From positions 359,523 through 423,522 of the forward strand of contig CAWDGW010000014.1 of NCBI GenBank assembly GCA_963801995.1: a DNA stretch of 64,000 nt, written 5' to 3'. Of the stretch, positions 20,317 to 30,240 are shown piece after piece. The first letter of the stretch is position 1; each line of letters begins with the position of its first letter. A program made the position numbers and the translations under genes. Source of the stretch: an uncultured Holophagae bacterium. GTDB lineage: Bacteria; Acidobacteriota; Thermoanaerobaculia; Thermoanaerobaculales; Sulfomarinibacteraceae. The notes under the pieces were generated by a model. The model was not told the DNA's origin. It saw only the letters and a program-made list of their open reading frames with translations, and searched no databases.

Positions 20317-20528
20317 GGTCCTGTTTCCTCCTGTTTGATCCTGTCAACTCGACAATATCATGGTGATCCAGGTCGAGACCGGGCTTATGTTGCCGCGACT
20401 CTCTGGATCGTTCCAACGCGCCCCTGGGGTCAGGTCACACCGGTTGCGATTCTCACGTCTATTTTTCACAATACGGTTCGAGCGTTACGACACGCTGATC
20501 CGATGGTAGCGTGCGCCATTAGACACCA

Positions 20529-21500
20529 TTAACAGCCCCGGCTGTCCGGTTGCGGCTCTACCGCGTTGGACCCTTTTGCCCGAAACTGGAGAGAGATCAC
20601 CACCGTGGACACGATCAGGAAAACGGTGGTGAGGATAGACCCCTCCAGTCCGAAATCGCCCCCGGTCAGCACCTCGGAGCCGCTGACCTGGTTGCCGATC
20701 AGGCTCGGGCTCTCGAGGCCGCTGACCTTGAAGCCGAAGACCGGGCCCTGGAACAGGTTCCAGGTGAGGTGCATGCCGATGCTGAACCACAGGTTGCGGC
20801 AATAGATGTAGTAGACGCCGAGGACCACCCCTGCGAGCACGAGGTTGATCACGCTGAGCAGCGAGATGTTGGCGTTGAACAGGTGGAAGGCGGCAAACGC
20901 AAGCGCCGAAAGGAGGAGAGCAACCCAGTGGTGCATCGACTCCATCAGGTTGCTCAGCAGGTAGCCACGGATCAGCAGCTCTTCTGTGAGGGCGACCAGG
21001 GTCAGAACGGCCAGGTAGCCGAGGAACGACGACAGGCTTATGGCGTCGTGGTCGGGCACGACGGTCAGGGCGCCCGAGGCTCGGAGCACCACAAATCCGA
21101 AAACGATGAGCCCCGCTCCCCAGGCCATGCCCTGAACCAGGTGCGCGCCATACCCGCGTACGGTGAGGCCGAGCGAGAGCAGGGACCGCCGGTCGACAAA
21201 CCGCCGCAGGGGCCAGACCACGGCCACGGTCAGGGCGAAGCTCAGTCCCTGGATCAATGCCAGGACCCCTAGGCCGAGGGAGGACAGATCCTGGAACGCC
21301 TCCGCGCTCGGTGGCTCGCCGTCGGTGACGGCGGCGTACACGCCCACGCCGACCACCACCACGATGGTCAGCCCGATCATCCCGAAGACGTAGACGATCA
21401 CGCACAGCAGGGCGCGCAGCCAGCCGTGGGGGACGAGCGGCTGGGGATCGCTGCTGGGGTGTACAGCCCGATCGACCTGTGACTGGCTGGATTGGTCCAT
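20529..21500 (-). CDS. CPBP family intramembrane glutamic endopeptidase
   Basis: Polytopic protein with TEELLIRGY, FAAFH and HLTWN motifs. Confidence 0.75.
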   Translation of the reverse strand: MDQSSQSQVDRAVHPSSDPQPLVPHGWLRALLCVIVYVFGMIGLTIVVVVGVGVYAAVTDGEPPSAEAFQDLSSLGLGVLALIQGLSFALTVAVVWPLRRFVDRRSLLSLGLTVRGYGAHLVQGMAWGAGLIVFGFVVLRASGALTVVPDHDAISLSSFLGYLAVLTLVALTEELLIRGYLLSNLMESMHHWVALLLSALAFAAFHLFNANISLLSVINLVLAGVVLGVYYIYCRNLWFSIGMHLTWNLFQGPVFGFKVSGLESPSLIGNQVSGSEVLTGGDFGLEGSILTTVFLIVSTVVISLQFRAKGSNAVEPQPDSRGC

Positions 21501-21865
21501 CCGGTCCCCCTGATTTCGTCTGGCGTGATCTCTGCCATGCTATACGCATCGATTGCGACGTGGTTTCGGGCGCCGACACCCATCTAAATCGGTCCGTGTT
21601 GCTTCGGAAAATGGTGCCACTGACAACAACCTCAGATTCTGCAGGCCAACTCGGATCCTGCCTTTCGAGGGGTTCGGCAGATTGTCCAGGTTTCTCTGGA
21701 AAAGAGAGCGCGTGACGACCCGGCCCATCGGGTCACGGATTTCGGGGGTTGGTTATGGAATCAAGCCACCCCCAAAACTGCGCGATCGTGACCACGGTTG
21801 TGACGTCGTGATCAGTGGCACCCTGGTGAGGGGTTGGGTACGATGGGCAAAGAAATGACATCTCC

Positions 21866-22132
21866 TTGTCGGGAGAATTGGAGAAGTCGATGAATATAGA
21901 CATCGAGCGTGCCGACGAGTTCGCCCTGGCATTCCTGTTTCTCAATTTCTTTCGTGACGGCCCGGTCACACGGGCGTGGAAGGACATTCCTTGGGAAATG
22001 ATGGACCATTTGCACGAGCGAGGACTGATCTCGGACCCCAAAAAGAGAGGTACCAGGTCGGTGGTCATGACTGAAGATGGGCTGCGGATGGCGGAGGAGA
22101 TGTTCAACGTGCACCTGGCGCCGGCGGAGTGA
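21866..22132 (+). CDS. small DUF6429-like protein
   Basis: 88 aa. WKDIPWEMMDHLHERGLISDP...VVMTEDG resembles DUF6429. Alternative start at 21890. Confidence 0.45.
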   Translation: MSGELEKSMNIDIERADEFALAFLFLNFFRDGPVTRAWKDIPWEMMDHLHERGLISDPKKRGTRSVVMTEDGLRMAEEMFNVHLAPAE

Positions 22133-22236
22133 GCCGACGCCCCTGACCGGATCGGCCGATAGGACCCTGGTGAAGCTGCCGAGGGATGAAATACCATGAA
22201 AATCCATCACGTCGTGGAGGATTTTCATGGTAATAT

Positions 22237-23454
22237 TTGTGCATGATACCTAGAGAATCGATTTTTGAGGCGCTGGAAATGGCCCTGGATCGTAGCCGGG
22301 TTGTGGTCCTGGTGGGCCCGCGGCAGTGTGGAAAGACGACGCTGGCACGGCAGCTGCTTTCGGAGGACTCAGTCAACTACTTCGATCTGGAGGACCCCGC
22401 CAGCGTGACCCGTTTGGACGAACCCATGACGGCCCTCGGCCCTCTCAAGGGCCTGGTCGTCATCGACGAGGTTCAGCGGAGACCGGATCTGTTCCCGGTA
22501 CTTCGCGTGCTCGTCGACAGGAACGACAACCGGGCGCGATTCCTCATCCTCGGAAGTGCATCGGGTGATCTCCTGCGGCAGACGTCAGAGAGCCTCGCTG
22601 GACGGATGGAACGTGTGACCATTGGCGGCTTTTCGCTTGTCGAACTCGGGCCGGACGCGGAGCGCAAACTGTGGCTCCGTGGCGGGTTTCCGTTGTCCTA
22701 CCTTGCCCGAACGGACTCGGACAGCGCCGCTTGGAGGAAGAGCTTTGTTCAGACCCTGCTGGAGCGCGATTTTCCTCAATGGGGGGTTGGTGTGCCCGCA
22801 GCGGCGCTGCAACGATTCTGGGCTATGCTGGCGCACTATCACGGACAGACCTGGAATTCGGCGGAGCCGGCCCGCGCTCTGGGCGTCAGCGAGTCCACTA
22901 CACGTCGCCACTTGGACCTGCTCACTGACGCGTTCATGATGCGGCAACTCCAGCCCTATCACGTCAACATGCGGAAGCGGCAGGTGAAAGCTCCGAAGGT
23001 CTACGTGCGCGACAGCGGTTTGCTGCATCATCTGCTTGGGGTCGGTTCGCTCAAATCGCTGGTGGATCATCCCAAGGTTGGTGCTTCGTGGGAAGGATTC
23101 GTGATCGAACAGATATTGACGGCGGTCGATCATGACGAGGCCTATTTTTGGGGCACGCACCAGGGTGCGGAGATCGATCTGGTGTTAACAAGGGGCGGTG
23201 AGCTCCTGGGAGTGGAGTGCAAGCGGACTGACGCACCACGGATGACGCCTTCGATCCGAGTTGCGTTGGAGGACTTGAATCTGGCTCGAGTCGCAGTGGT
23301 TTACCCGGGTGCCAAGAGATATCGCCTCGGGGACCGCGTGGAGGCGGTGCCGCTCCGCGCGTTGTGCTCGGGGGAACAGGTTTTCTCGGGGGGTGAGGTT
23401 GGGTGTGAGGGGGACGACTCAACCCCCCATGTGCATAAGCACACTAGATCCTGA
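22237..23454 (+). CDS. AAA+ ATPase with DUF4143-type C-terminal domain (COG1373-like)
   Basis: Walker A GPRQCGKTT and Walker B VVIDEVQ. Length of about 400 aa is typical of the family. Confidence 0.75.
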   Translation: MCMIPRESIFEALEMALDRSRVVVLVGPRQCGKTTLARQLLSEDSVNYFDLEDPASVTRLDEPMTALGPLKGLVVIDEVQRRPDLFPVLRVLVDRNDNRARFLILGSASGDLLRQTSESLAGRMERVTIGGFSLVELGPDAERKLWLRGGFPLSYLARTDSDSAAWRKSFVQTLLERDFPQWGVGVPAAALQRFWAMLAHYHGQTWNSAEPARALGVSESTTRRHLDLLTDAFMMRQLQPYHVNMRKRQVKAPKVYVRDSGLLHHLLGVGSLKSLVDHPKVGASWEGFVIEQILTAVDHDEAYFWGTHQGAEIDLVLTRGGELLGVECKRTDAPRMTPSIRVALEDLNLARVAVVYPGAKRYRLGDRVEAVPLRALCSGEQVFSGGEVGCEGDDSTPHVHKHTRS

Positions 23455-23511
23455 ATCTGGCGACCAGTGGCCAGCATCCACGAATCGCTGAGGCTTCGGG
23501 AGGAATGTGGG

Positions 23512-23706
23512 TTAGAAGCCCCGTCCGGCGGGGCCGGCGACGGCGGAGGTGCGAGCGGCAGACCGCTTCCGGTCATCGGCCGCCATGTGGCAGGCCTTGT
23601 ATTTGATGCCGCTGTCGCACCAGCAGCGCTCGTTGCGTCCAAGGTTGGGCACGACGTGGGGCTGAGGTCCGGCAATCACTCGTTTGAGGGTGTCAAAAAT
23701 GCTCAT
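23512..23706 (-). CDS. small SEC-C motif protein
   Basis: ORF trimmed to MSIFDTLKRV. Contains the metal-binding motif CWCDSGIKYKACH. Confidence 0.5.
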   Translation of the reverse strand: MSIFDTLKRVIAGPQPHVVPNLGRNERCWCDSGIKYKACHMAADDRKRSAARTSAVAGPAGRGF

Positions 23707-23792
23707 TTTTTGTCCTTCAGGGGAACTATCCGGCCGATTCGGCGGGATTTGGCGCAAGACGGGCGGTACTCTAACAAGTGTGGGACGTCTGG

Positions 23793-25046
23793 TCAACCGG
23801 CCGGAGGGAAGTCCTCGAATCCCAGCAGGTCCGCGATGCGTCTTCCGATTTCGGTGTTATCGAGAACTCCCCCGAATGAGGACGCCCCCGGGCCAAAGGC
23901 AAAGAGCGGGACCCAATTGGCGGTGTGGTCGTCCGAGAGCCAGTGGACCGTGGCCAACCCCTCGTCGAACTCTCCCTCAACGATGCTGGGGACTCCCGTG
24001 TCGTGGTCAGCCGTAACCAGGACCAACGTGTCGCCACGTTCCGCGGCCATGGCGAGCACCTCGGAAACCGCCGCGTCGAGCTCTTCGAGTCCCCTCACGA
24101 TGCGGTCCAGGTCGTTGACATGGGCCCCCTCGTCGGTTTCTTCGCACTCCAGGACGAGCAGGAATCCCGACGGGTTCTGGGCCAGGAGGCCCATCGCGAC
24201 GGTCGCAGACCGGGCGAGCTCGGGGCCGTGGGCGTAACGGTGCCCGGGCCGGGGAGCGAAGAGGGCGATCAAGGGTGCGCTTTTCCCCTCGAGTTGGGCT
24301 GGGTCTCGGATCACCGTCCACCTCTCCGGTGCCTCGGTTTCCAACCTGCGCGCCAGCTCCAGATAGCCCGGCTTGAGGCTCGCCCGCTTGTGGCTTGTGA
24401 AATCTCCGCCGATCAGGACGTCGGCCCTGGACTCAAGCATCTGCTCGAGGATCATCCGATAGTCGTAGCGACTCGGAACATGAGTGAGGAACCCCGCCGG
24501 GGTGGCGTCGACCAGACCCGACGTGGTCACGAACCCGGTGGACAGGCCCCGCGCAGCTGCGATCTCGAAGAGGGTCGGCGGTTCGCTTCCATCCGGCTGC
24601 ATGGAGACGACCTTGCGATCGGTCTTTCTTCCGGTGGCCATCGCGGAAGCGGATGCGGCAGACCCGGTGACGAGGTCGTTGGCGGCCCAGGTTCGGACCA
24701 GGCCGACCACTGGGGCCGACTCCATCGCCAGTCCGCCGGCGGGGCCGTGAATCAGGGCCGAGATCACACTGAGGTGACCGAGCCCCATCCCGTCGCCGAT
24801 GATCAGCACCACGTTACGGGGCGGGCCCGGTGTGGCTGGCAGGTCGAATCGGCGCGTGGGTCGGGGATCAACGATCTGGGCCTGGTCGGGAGAAGGAAAT
24901 GCGCGGGACGGTGCGCGAAGCGCGCTCAGCCCCAGATCGTTCGCCTCCACCTCCACCCGGTTCGACCGCGATAGGACGACGACCACCAGCAAAGCGCACA
25001 GGATGACCATCAGGAGAACGGTGGACAGAGAAACGCGTTTGGACAC
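23793..25046 (-). CDS. alkaline phosphatase family protein
   Basis: GTG start and N-terminal membrane anchor. IIGDGMG and TGSAASASAMATG (active-site Ser region), plus ADHDTG near the C-terminus. Confidence 0.8.
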   Translation of the reverse strand: MSKRVSLSTVLLMVILCALLVVVVLSRSNRVEVEANDLGLSALRAPSRAFPSPDQAQIVDPRPTRRFDLPATPGPPRNVVLIIGDGMGLGHLSVISALIHGPAGGLAMESAPVVGLVRTWAANDLVTGSAASASAMATGRKTDRKVVSMQPDGSEPPTLFEIAAARGLSTGFVTTSGLVDATPAGFLTHVPSRYDYRMILEQMLESRADVLIGGDFTSHKRASLKPGYLELARRLETEAPERWTVIRDPAQLEGKSAPLIALFAPRPGHRYAHGPELARSATVAMGLLAQNPSGFLLVLECEETDEGAHVNDLDRIVRGLEELDAAVSEVLAMAAERGDTLVLVTADHDTGVPSIVEGEFDEGLATVHWLSDDHTANWVPLFAFGPGASSFGGVLDNTEIGRRIADLLGFEDFPPAG

Positions 25047-25130
25047 GGCACCCCCAGTGGGGGATGATACCTCCTCCGGCGCTGAGCTTGTTTCTTGACC
25101 GTGTATCTACTCCAGCCCGCCGGAGACTCG

Positions 25131-25170
25131 CCTTCCACACCCTCCACGCCCTCCACACCTTCCACACACC
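25131..25170 (+). repeat. 9-mer tandem array CCTTCCACA/CCCTCCACG x4
   Basis: Seen directly in the divergent spacer between the phosphatase and the Zn-peptidase genes. Confidence 0.9.
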
Positions 25171-25271
25171 GTTCCCGCGATCCGCCTGGAGAAACAAAGT
25201 TGGACGCCAAAGTGTTATGTTGAACGAGGGGGCCGGTGAATCAGAACCGGTCTTCCAGGAGGACCCGACAG

Positions 25272-25964
25272 ATGATGTTCGACCCAATGTATTTCGTGTT
25301 CATCATTCCGGCCCTACTGCTTTCCATGTGGGCCAGTTTTCAGGTGAAACGCAATTTTTCGAAGTACTCCAAGGTGCCCACCGCGTCGGGCCTCTCCGGA
25401 GCCCAGGCCGCTCAGCGTCTATTGGACGGAGCCGGCATCGGTGACGTCACGATCAAATCCGCACGGGGTATGCTCACCGATCACTACAATCCCATCGACC
25501 GGTCACTCAACCTGTCTGAGGGGGTCTATGGGTCCCGGTCCATCGCTGCCATCGGAGTCGCCTGCCACGAGGCCGGGCACGCTATCCAACACGCCACTCA
25601 GTACAAGGCTCTCGGCCTGCGGTCGGCGCTGGTCCCAACCGCCAAGATCGGGTCCAGCCTGGGTTACATCGTCATGCTGGCCGGCCTGTTCCTGGCATCG
25701 ACCAACACTGTACTGGTGGGTGCGGTGCTGTTCTCGGGTGTTTTGCTGTTCCAAATCGTGACTTTGCCGGTGGAGTTCGACGCATCGAACCGCGCCAAGG
25801 CCCTGGTGTCGGAGTACGGCATCGTGACCCAGCAGGAACGGCAGGGAATGGACAAGGTCCTCAACGCAGCTGCGCTGACCTACGTTGCGGCCGCTGTCTC
25901 CACCCTGATGACGCTGCTTTATTTTTTGATGCGTGCGGGCTTTCTGGGCGGCAGCCGGGATTAG
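25272..25964 (+). CDS. membrane-bound putative neutral zinc metallopeptidase (Zn_peptidase_2 type)
   Basis: HEAGHAIQH motif with hydrophobic helices at both ends. ORF trimmed to MMFDPMYF. Confidence 0.75.
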   Translation: MMFDPMYFVFIIPALLLSMWASFQVKRNFSKYSKVPTASGLSGAQAAQRLLDGAGIGDVTIKSARGMLTDHYNPIDRSLNLSEGVYGSRSIAAIGVACHEAGHAIQHATQYKALGLRSALVPTAKIGSSLGYIVMLAGLFLASTNTVLVGAVLFSGVLLFQIVTLPVEFDASNRAKALVSEYGIVTQQERQGMDKVLNAAALTYVAAAVSTLMTLLYFLMRAGFLGGSRD

Positions 25965-25966
25965 GC

Positions 25967-25995
25967 GAATTCGGAATTCGGAATTCGGATCTCGG
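25967..25995 (+). repeat. GAATTCG heptamer array x3 (+1 degenerate)
   Basis: Starts 3 nt after the stop codon at 25964. Confidence 0.9.
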
Positions 25996-26010
25996 CTGAT
26001 TCTATGTGCC

Positions 26011-26225
26011 AACGCGCCGACGGCAGCAGGCCACAGCCGTGGCCATGGGGGTCGCAGAGGCGCCGTGAGCCCAGCCGGCGAAAACGGCGCGAGGCGAACG
26101 GTGTCGCGAGGAACGAAGTGACGAGGGAGCTGGGGCTGGCCTACGGCTGTCTGCTGATGGCGGTGAGTCGCGTTGGAACAGCCTACGGCTGTGACAACGT
26201 AAACTGCTAACTGCTAACTGCTAAC
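26011..26225 (+). repeat. ~215-bp structured repeat, copy A, ending in CTGCTAA x3 (26204-26225)
   Basis: Aligns to the reverse complement of 30025-30240 with about a dozen mismatches. Long stem CAGCAGGCCACAGCCGTGGCC / GGCCTACGGCTGTCTGCTG. Confidence 0.9.
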
Positions 26226-26230
26226 AGTGC

Positions 26231-27154
26231 TCAGTCGAAGAGGACAGCCGCCTCGGGCTTCGATGCGATGAGTTCGTCGATGATTTCCACGATGGCATTG
26301 CGCCGTTTCCAGAGGGCGTTGATCGCCTTGGGGCTCAGCCACGGGCCCATGGCTTCGTCCAGCACAGCTCGATCGAGGTTCCGCAGCGCGTCCGCATTCG
26401 ATCGGCGAAACCGGGACAGGGTCTCGGCTCGGCGGAGCTTTGGGTCGGCTCGAAAGGCTCGCGAGTTGTCCACCTTGTAGAGCCTCCAGTTGCCGTCCAT
26501 CATGATATTGGACGTGTTGTTGTAGTCGGCATCCCAGTCGAGTTGGAGCAGCAGCTTGATGTCGTGCATCTGGTTGTTGTAGTCCATCACGTCGGGTGGT
26601 TGGATCTTCTTCTCCTTTGATCGCTGCCACTCGGTCATTCCGTCCTCGACCCACATGCAGAGGGATCCCTTCGTGCCTCGGATCTTGCGTTCGACGCACG
26701 GCGGCACCAGGCCCAGTTCGAGCAATTTGTCGAGCTCGTAGGCCGCAATCTCGTGCTTGTAGGAATCTTTGAGCTTGAACAGGGTCTTGCCGGTGGTCAA
26801 CTTGGTCTTGTCGTGGATGATGTCCACGTCCTTGAACACCGCGTGGAAGGTGCGTTCCCCGTCCGACAGAGTGGCCTTTCTCGGTCTGGTGATCCCCTTG
26901 CTGTCGTACTGCTGCAGCTCGACCACCTCGGCGGTGCGGAGAAACTCCTCGGCGGCCTCTCCCTCCAAGGCAAGTCCGGTAACCGGACCGGGCGAGGGAA
27001 GTACGGCAGCCGGATCGGACAAGGGGGGTGCGGTAGCCGGACCGGGCGAGGGAAGTACGGTAGCCGGGTCGGACATGGGAAGTGCGGCAGCCGGAACGGC
27101 CGCGGAACACGCTGCCTGGACAGCCACGAGAAGCAGAACCGGCGCGACGGACAT
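26231..27154 (-). CDS. secreted atypical kinase-like protein (Fam20 / PI3-4-kinase-like motifs), paralog 1
   Basis: Signal peptide followed by a Pro-rich 16-aa tandem repeat. HEIAAYELDKLLELGLVPPCV and NIMMDGNWRLYKVDNSRAF motifs. Confidence 0.5.
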   Translation of the reverse strand: MSVAPVLLLVAVQAACSAAVPAAALPMSDPATVLPSPGPATAPPLSDPAAVLPSPGPVTGLALEGEAAEEFLRTAEVVELQQYDSKGITRPRKATLSDGERTFHAVFKDVDIIHDKTKLTTGKTLFKLKDSYKHEIAAYELDKLLELGLVPPCVERKIRGTKGSLCMWVEDGMTEWQRSKEKKIQPPDVMDYNNQMHDIKLLLQLDWDADYNNTSNIMMDGNWRLYKVDNSRAFRADPKLRRAETLSRFRRSNADALRNLDRAVLDEAMGPWLSPKAINALWKRRNAIVEIIDELIASKPEAAVLFD

Positions 27155-27209
27155 GGGATCACCTCCAGGAGTATGAGCCTATTGTACAGCTGTCCCCAGG
27201 TGTCCCGAA

Positions 27210-28019
27210 TCAGTAGAGAACTGAAGTCTCTCCCTGTTCCTCGATCCTGTCCTGGATCACGGCGGCGAGCTTTTTCCGACGCTTCAATAGAGCATCGATC
27301 TCGTCGGCGTCGAGCCAGGGAGCCATCGCCGCCCGGAGCTGTTCATCGGAGAGGGACCGCAGGGCGCTCACCGTCGACCGGCGAACGCGGGTCAGGGAGC
27401 CCGGGGCGAGCAATCGCGAGCGGGCACCGAAGGAACGGGACGAGTCGATCTTGTACAGCTTCCATTGGCCGTCAATCAGGATGTTCGAATCGCTGCGATA
27501 CTCGGCGTCACGAGCGAGCTGGAGGAACAGCCGGATGTCATCCAATTGGTCCCGGAAAAACTGTTCGTCGGGAGGATTCAGCATGTTCTGCTTCATGAGC
27601 TGTTTTTCGGTTTGCCCCCCAACAACCCAGAGACACAGGGATCCGAGGGTCCCGCCAACCTCTCGCGCCACGCATGGTGGCACGATTCCGAGACCGAGCA
27701 GCTTGTCGAGCTCGTAGGCCGCAATCTCGTGGGAGTAGGCATCGTGAAGCTTGTGCAGGGATCGGCCCGCGGTCGGGTTGCCCCCCTCGTCAAAACTGTC
27801 CACGTCCTTGAATATGGCCCAGTGCGTTCGTTCACCGTCGGAAAGGGTGGCCCGCCGCGGCTTCGTGCCGGCGGTGTTGTCGAAGAACTCGAGGTCGACC
27901 ACCTCGGCCCGATTGAGGAACTCCTCGGCTTGTGCGCCGGTCAGCGGCAGGCCAGAAGCCGCAGCAGTCGGGGTGGCCACCTGAGCGGCCAGGAGTAACA
28001 AGGAGCAAGCGACAGACAA
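27210..28019 (-). CDS. secreted atypical kinase-like protein, paralog 2
   Basis: Collinear with paralog 1. HEIAAYELDKLLGLGIVPPCV and NILIDGQWKLYKIDSSRSF motifs, with a signal peptide. Confidence 0.5.
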   Translation of the reverse strand: MSVACSLLLLAAQVATPTAAASGLPLTGAQAEEFLNRAEVVDLEFFDNTAGTKPRRATLSDGERTHWAIFKDVDSFDEGGNPTAGRSLHKLHDAYSHEIAAYELDKLLGLGIVPPCVAREVGGTLGSLCLWVVGGQTEKQLMKQNMLNPPDEQFFRDQLDDIRLFLQLARDAEYRSDSNILIDGQWKLYKIDSSRSFGARSRLLAPGSLTRVRRSTVSALRSLSDEQLRAAMAPWLDADEIDALLKRRKKLAAVIQDRIEEQGETSVLY

Positions 28020-28202
28020 TTTCGACCTCCTGGAGTGATTGACGAATCAGGTGAGACAACCTGGATTATTTGATATGTATTCTCAAAAATCTCGCCGATT
28101 GTACACGAGCCGCCATTCGAAGGCGAATAAACGCATTTGGTGGAAGGTCCGTAAGAAGTATGAGAGACGACGACACGCATCGTAGCTCTCCTCCTTCCAA
28201 CG

Positions 28203-28266
<64 letters not shown>

Positions 28267-28283
28267 ACTCCCACACTCCCTTA

Positions 28284-28315
28284 CCTCCACACCCTCCACA
28301 CCTTCCACACCCATC
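28284..28315 (+). repeat. 9-mer array CCTCCACAC family
   Basis: CCTCCACACCCTCCACACCTTCCACACCC; same family and strand as 25131-25170. Confidence 0.85.
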
Positions 28316-28373
28316 CCGCCATACTCCGCACCGCCTGTATCCGGTATACACTCTCCCTTTGGAGGGGTGGATC

Positions 28374-30023
28374 ATGCGGATCGCCATCGCACAGCTCGAC
28401 TTCACCGTCGGGGCGTTCGATCGCAACCTCGAGAAGATCCGGGGGTCGGTCCATGAAGCCCGCGCCCAGGGCGCGGACTTGGTTGTCTTTTCGGAGCTGG
28501 CCACCATTGGGTACCCTCCCCTCGATCTCCTGGACAGGCCGGACATCGTGGAACGGAATCTGGAACAACTGGACCGGATCGCGGCTCTGTCGAGCGACAC
28601 GCTGGGGATCCTGGTTGGATTCGCTGACCGCAATGCATCGGGAAACGGCAAGCCCCTCCACAATGCCGCCGCTTTGTGCTTCGGCGGACGGGTTGTGGAT
28701 CGATACAAAAAATGCCTGCTCCCAGCGTACGACGTCTTCGACGAAGCCCGTTACTTCGAATCGGGCCCAGAGGTGCGGGTGCTCCACTTCAAGGGGGTCC
28801 GGCTTGGGGTGTCGGTCTGTGAGGACGTCTGGGCCGACCCTGATCTGGACGGTCGCAGCCTCTATCACCGAGATCCGGTGATGGAGCTGCTGGATCGGGA
28901 TGCCGACATCCTGATCAACGTGTCGGCAAGCCCGTTCGAGCTTGGCAAGGCGGCGCAGCGTCGAGATTTGATCCGGCGATATGCCGCCCAGTCGGGCCGA
29001 TTCTTCGTGTACGTCAATCAGGTGGGTGGCAACGACGAGCTGGTTTTCGACGGACACTCGATCATCGTGGATCCCGGTGGGAAAGTGGTGGTTCGAGCCC
29101 GCGATTTCGCTGAGGATCTGCTGGTCTACGATGTGCCCACGGATGGAGGAAACGCTGCGGCCGGAGAGCTCCGACCGGTGGCCGAGAGCGAGGAGGAAGA
29201 GGCGCTCAAGGCCCTCGAACTCGGCCTGCGAGACTACCTTTCGAAGACCGGGTTCGAGAGGGTCGTGTTGGGTCTTTCCGGGGGGGTCGACTCGGCACTC
29301 ACCGCGGCGATCGCAAGCCGGGCGATTGGGCCGGACAAGGTGCTTGGGGTGGCCATGCCCTCCCGCTACTCCTCTCAGGGCAGCGTGACCGACGCCGAGG
29401 CACTGGCAGCCAACCTGGGGATCGATTTCCGACTGATTCCCATCGACGACATTTTCCAGGTCTACCTCGACACCCTTGCGCCGGTTTTTGGAAACCGTCC
29501 TCAGGATGTGACCGAGGAGAACATCCAGGCACGGATTCGCGGCGCACTGCTGATGGCCCTTTCCAACAAGCTCGGCGGCATGGTGCTGGCGACCGGCAAC
29601 AAGTCGGAGCTTGCCGTGGGCTACGCAACCCTCTACGGCGATATGTGCGGCGGTTTGGCGGTGCTTGCCGACGTTCCCAAGACCCTTGTCTACCGGATCG
29701 CCCACTATCTCAACGCCGAACGGGAGGTGATCCCAGCGTCCACCATCCACAAGCCGCCGTCGGCCGAGCTGCGTCCCGACCAGACGGATCAGGACAGTTT
29801 GCCGCCCTACGAGGTGCTCGACCGGGTGGTCCAGGAGTATGTGGAGCGAAATCGATCGGTGGATGAAATCGTCGAGTCGGGGGTGGACCGGGCGGAGGTG
29901 GAGAGGGTGGTCGGACTGATCAACCGGTCCGAGTACAAGCGGCGCCAGGCGGCGCCGGGCATCAAGATCACGTCGAAGGCATTTGGGAGTGGCAGGCGGT
30001 ATCCGATTGCGGCCGAGGTATAA
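28374..30023 (+). CDS. nadE: glutamine-dependent NAD+ synthase
   Basis: N-terminal CN-hydrolase domain (MRIAIAQLDF...) followed by an NAD synthetase domain with SGGVDS. About 550 aa. Confidence 0.9.
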   Translation: MRIAIAQLDFTVGAFDRNLEKIRGSVHEARAQGADLVVFSELATIGYPPLDLLDRPDIVERNLEQLDRIAALSSDTLGILVGFADRNASGNGKPLHNAAALCFGGRVVDRYKKCLLPAYDVFDEARYFESGPEVRVLHFKGVRLGVSVCEDVWADPDLDGRSLYHRDPVMELLDRDADILINVSASPFELGKAAQRRDLIRRYAAQSGRFFVYVNQVGGNDELVFDGHSIIVDPGGKVVVRARDFAEDLLVYDVPTDGGNAAAGELRPVAESEEEEALKALELGLRDYLSKTGFERVVLGLSGGVDSALTAAIASRAIGPDKVLGVAMPSRYSSQGSVTDAEALAANLGIDFRLIPIDDIFQVYLDTLAPVFGNRPQDVTEENIQARIRGALLMALSNKLGGMVLATGNKSELAVGYATLYGDMCGGLAVLADVPKTLVYRIAHYLNAEREVIPASTIHKPPSAELRPDQTDQDSLPPYEVLDRVVQEYVERNRSVDEIVESGVDRAEVERVVGLINRSEYKRRQAAPGIKITSKAFGSGRRYPIAAEV

Positions 30024-30024
30024 C

Positions 30025-30240
30025 AGTTGGCAGTTGGCAGTTGGCAGTTTACGTTGTCGCAGCCGATGGCTGCTCCAACGCGACTCCCCGCCACCAGCAA
30101 ACAGCCGTAGGCCAGCCCCAGCTCCCTCGTCACTTCGTTCCTCGGGACACCGTTCGCCTCGCGCCGGCTTCGCCGGCTGGGCTCACGGCGCCTCTGCGAC
30201 CCCCATGGCCACGGCTGTGGGCTGCTGCTGGAGGCGCGCC
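30025..30240 (-). repeat. ~215-bp structured repeat, copy B (inverted), with AGTTGGC x3 at 30025-30045
   Basis: Reverse complement aligns to copy A. Starts 2 nt after the nadE stop codon. Confidence 0.9.

Noticed and set aside
30050-30240. Fluoride (crcB-motif) riboswitch next to the DUF190 remnant
   Set aside because: The sequence is one copy of a thrice-repeated element. The CTGATG...CCTAC-like strings are separated by about 24 nt and are not conserved between copies.
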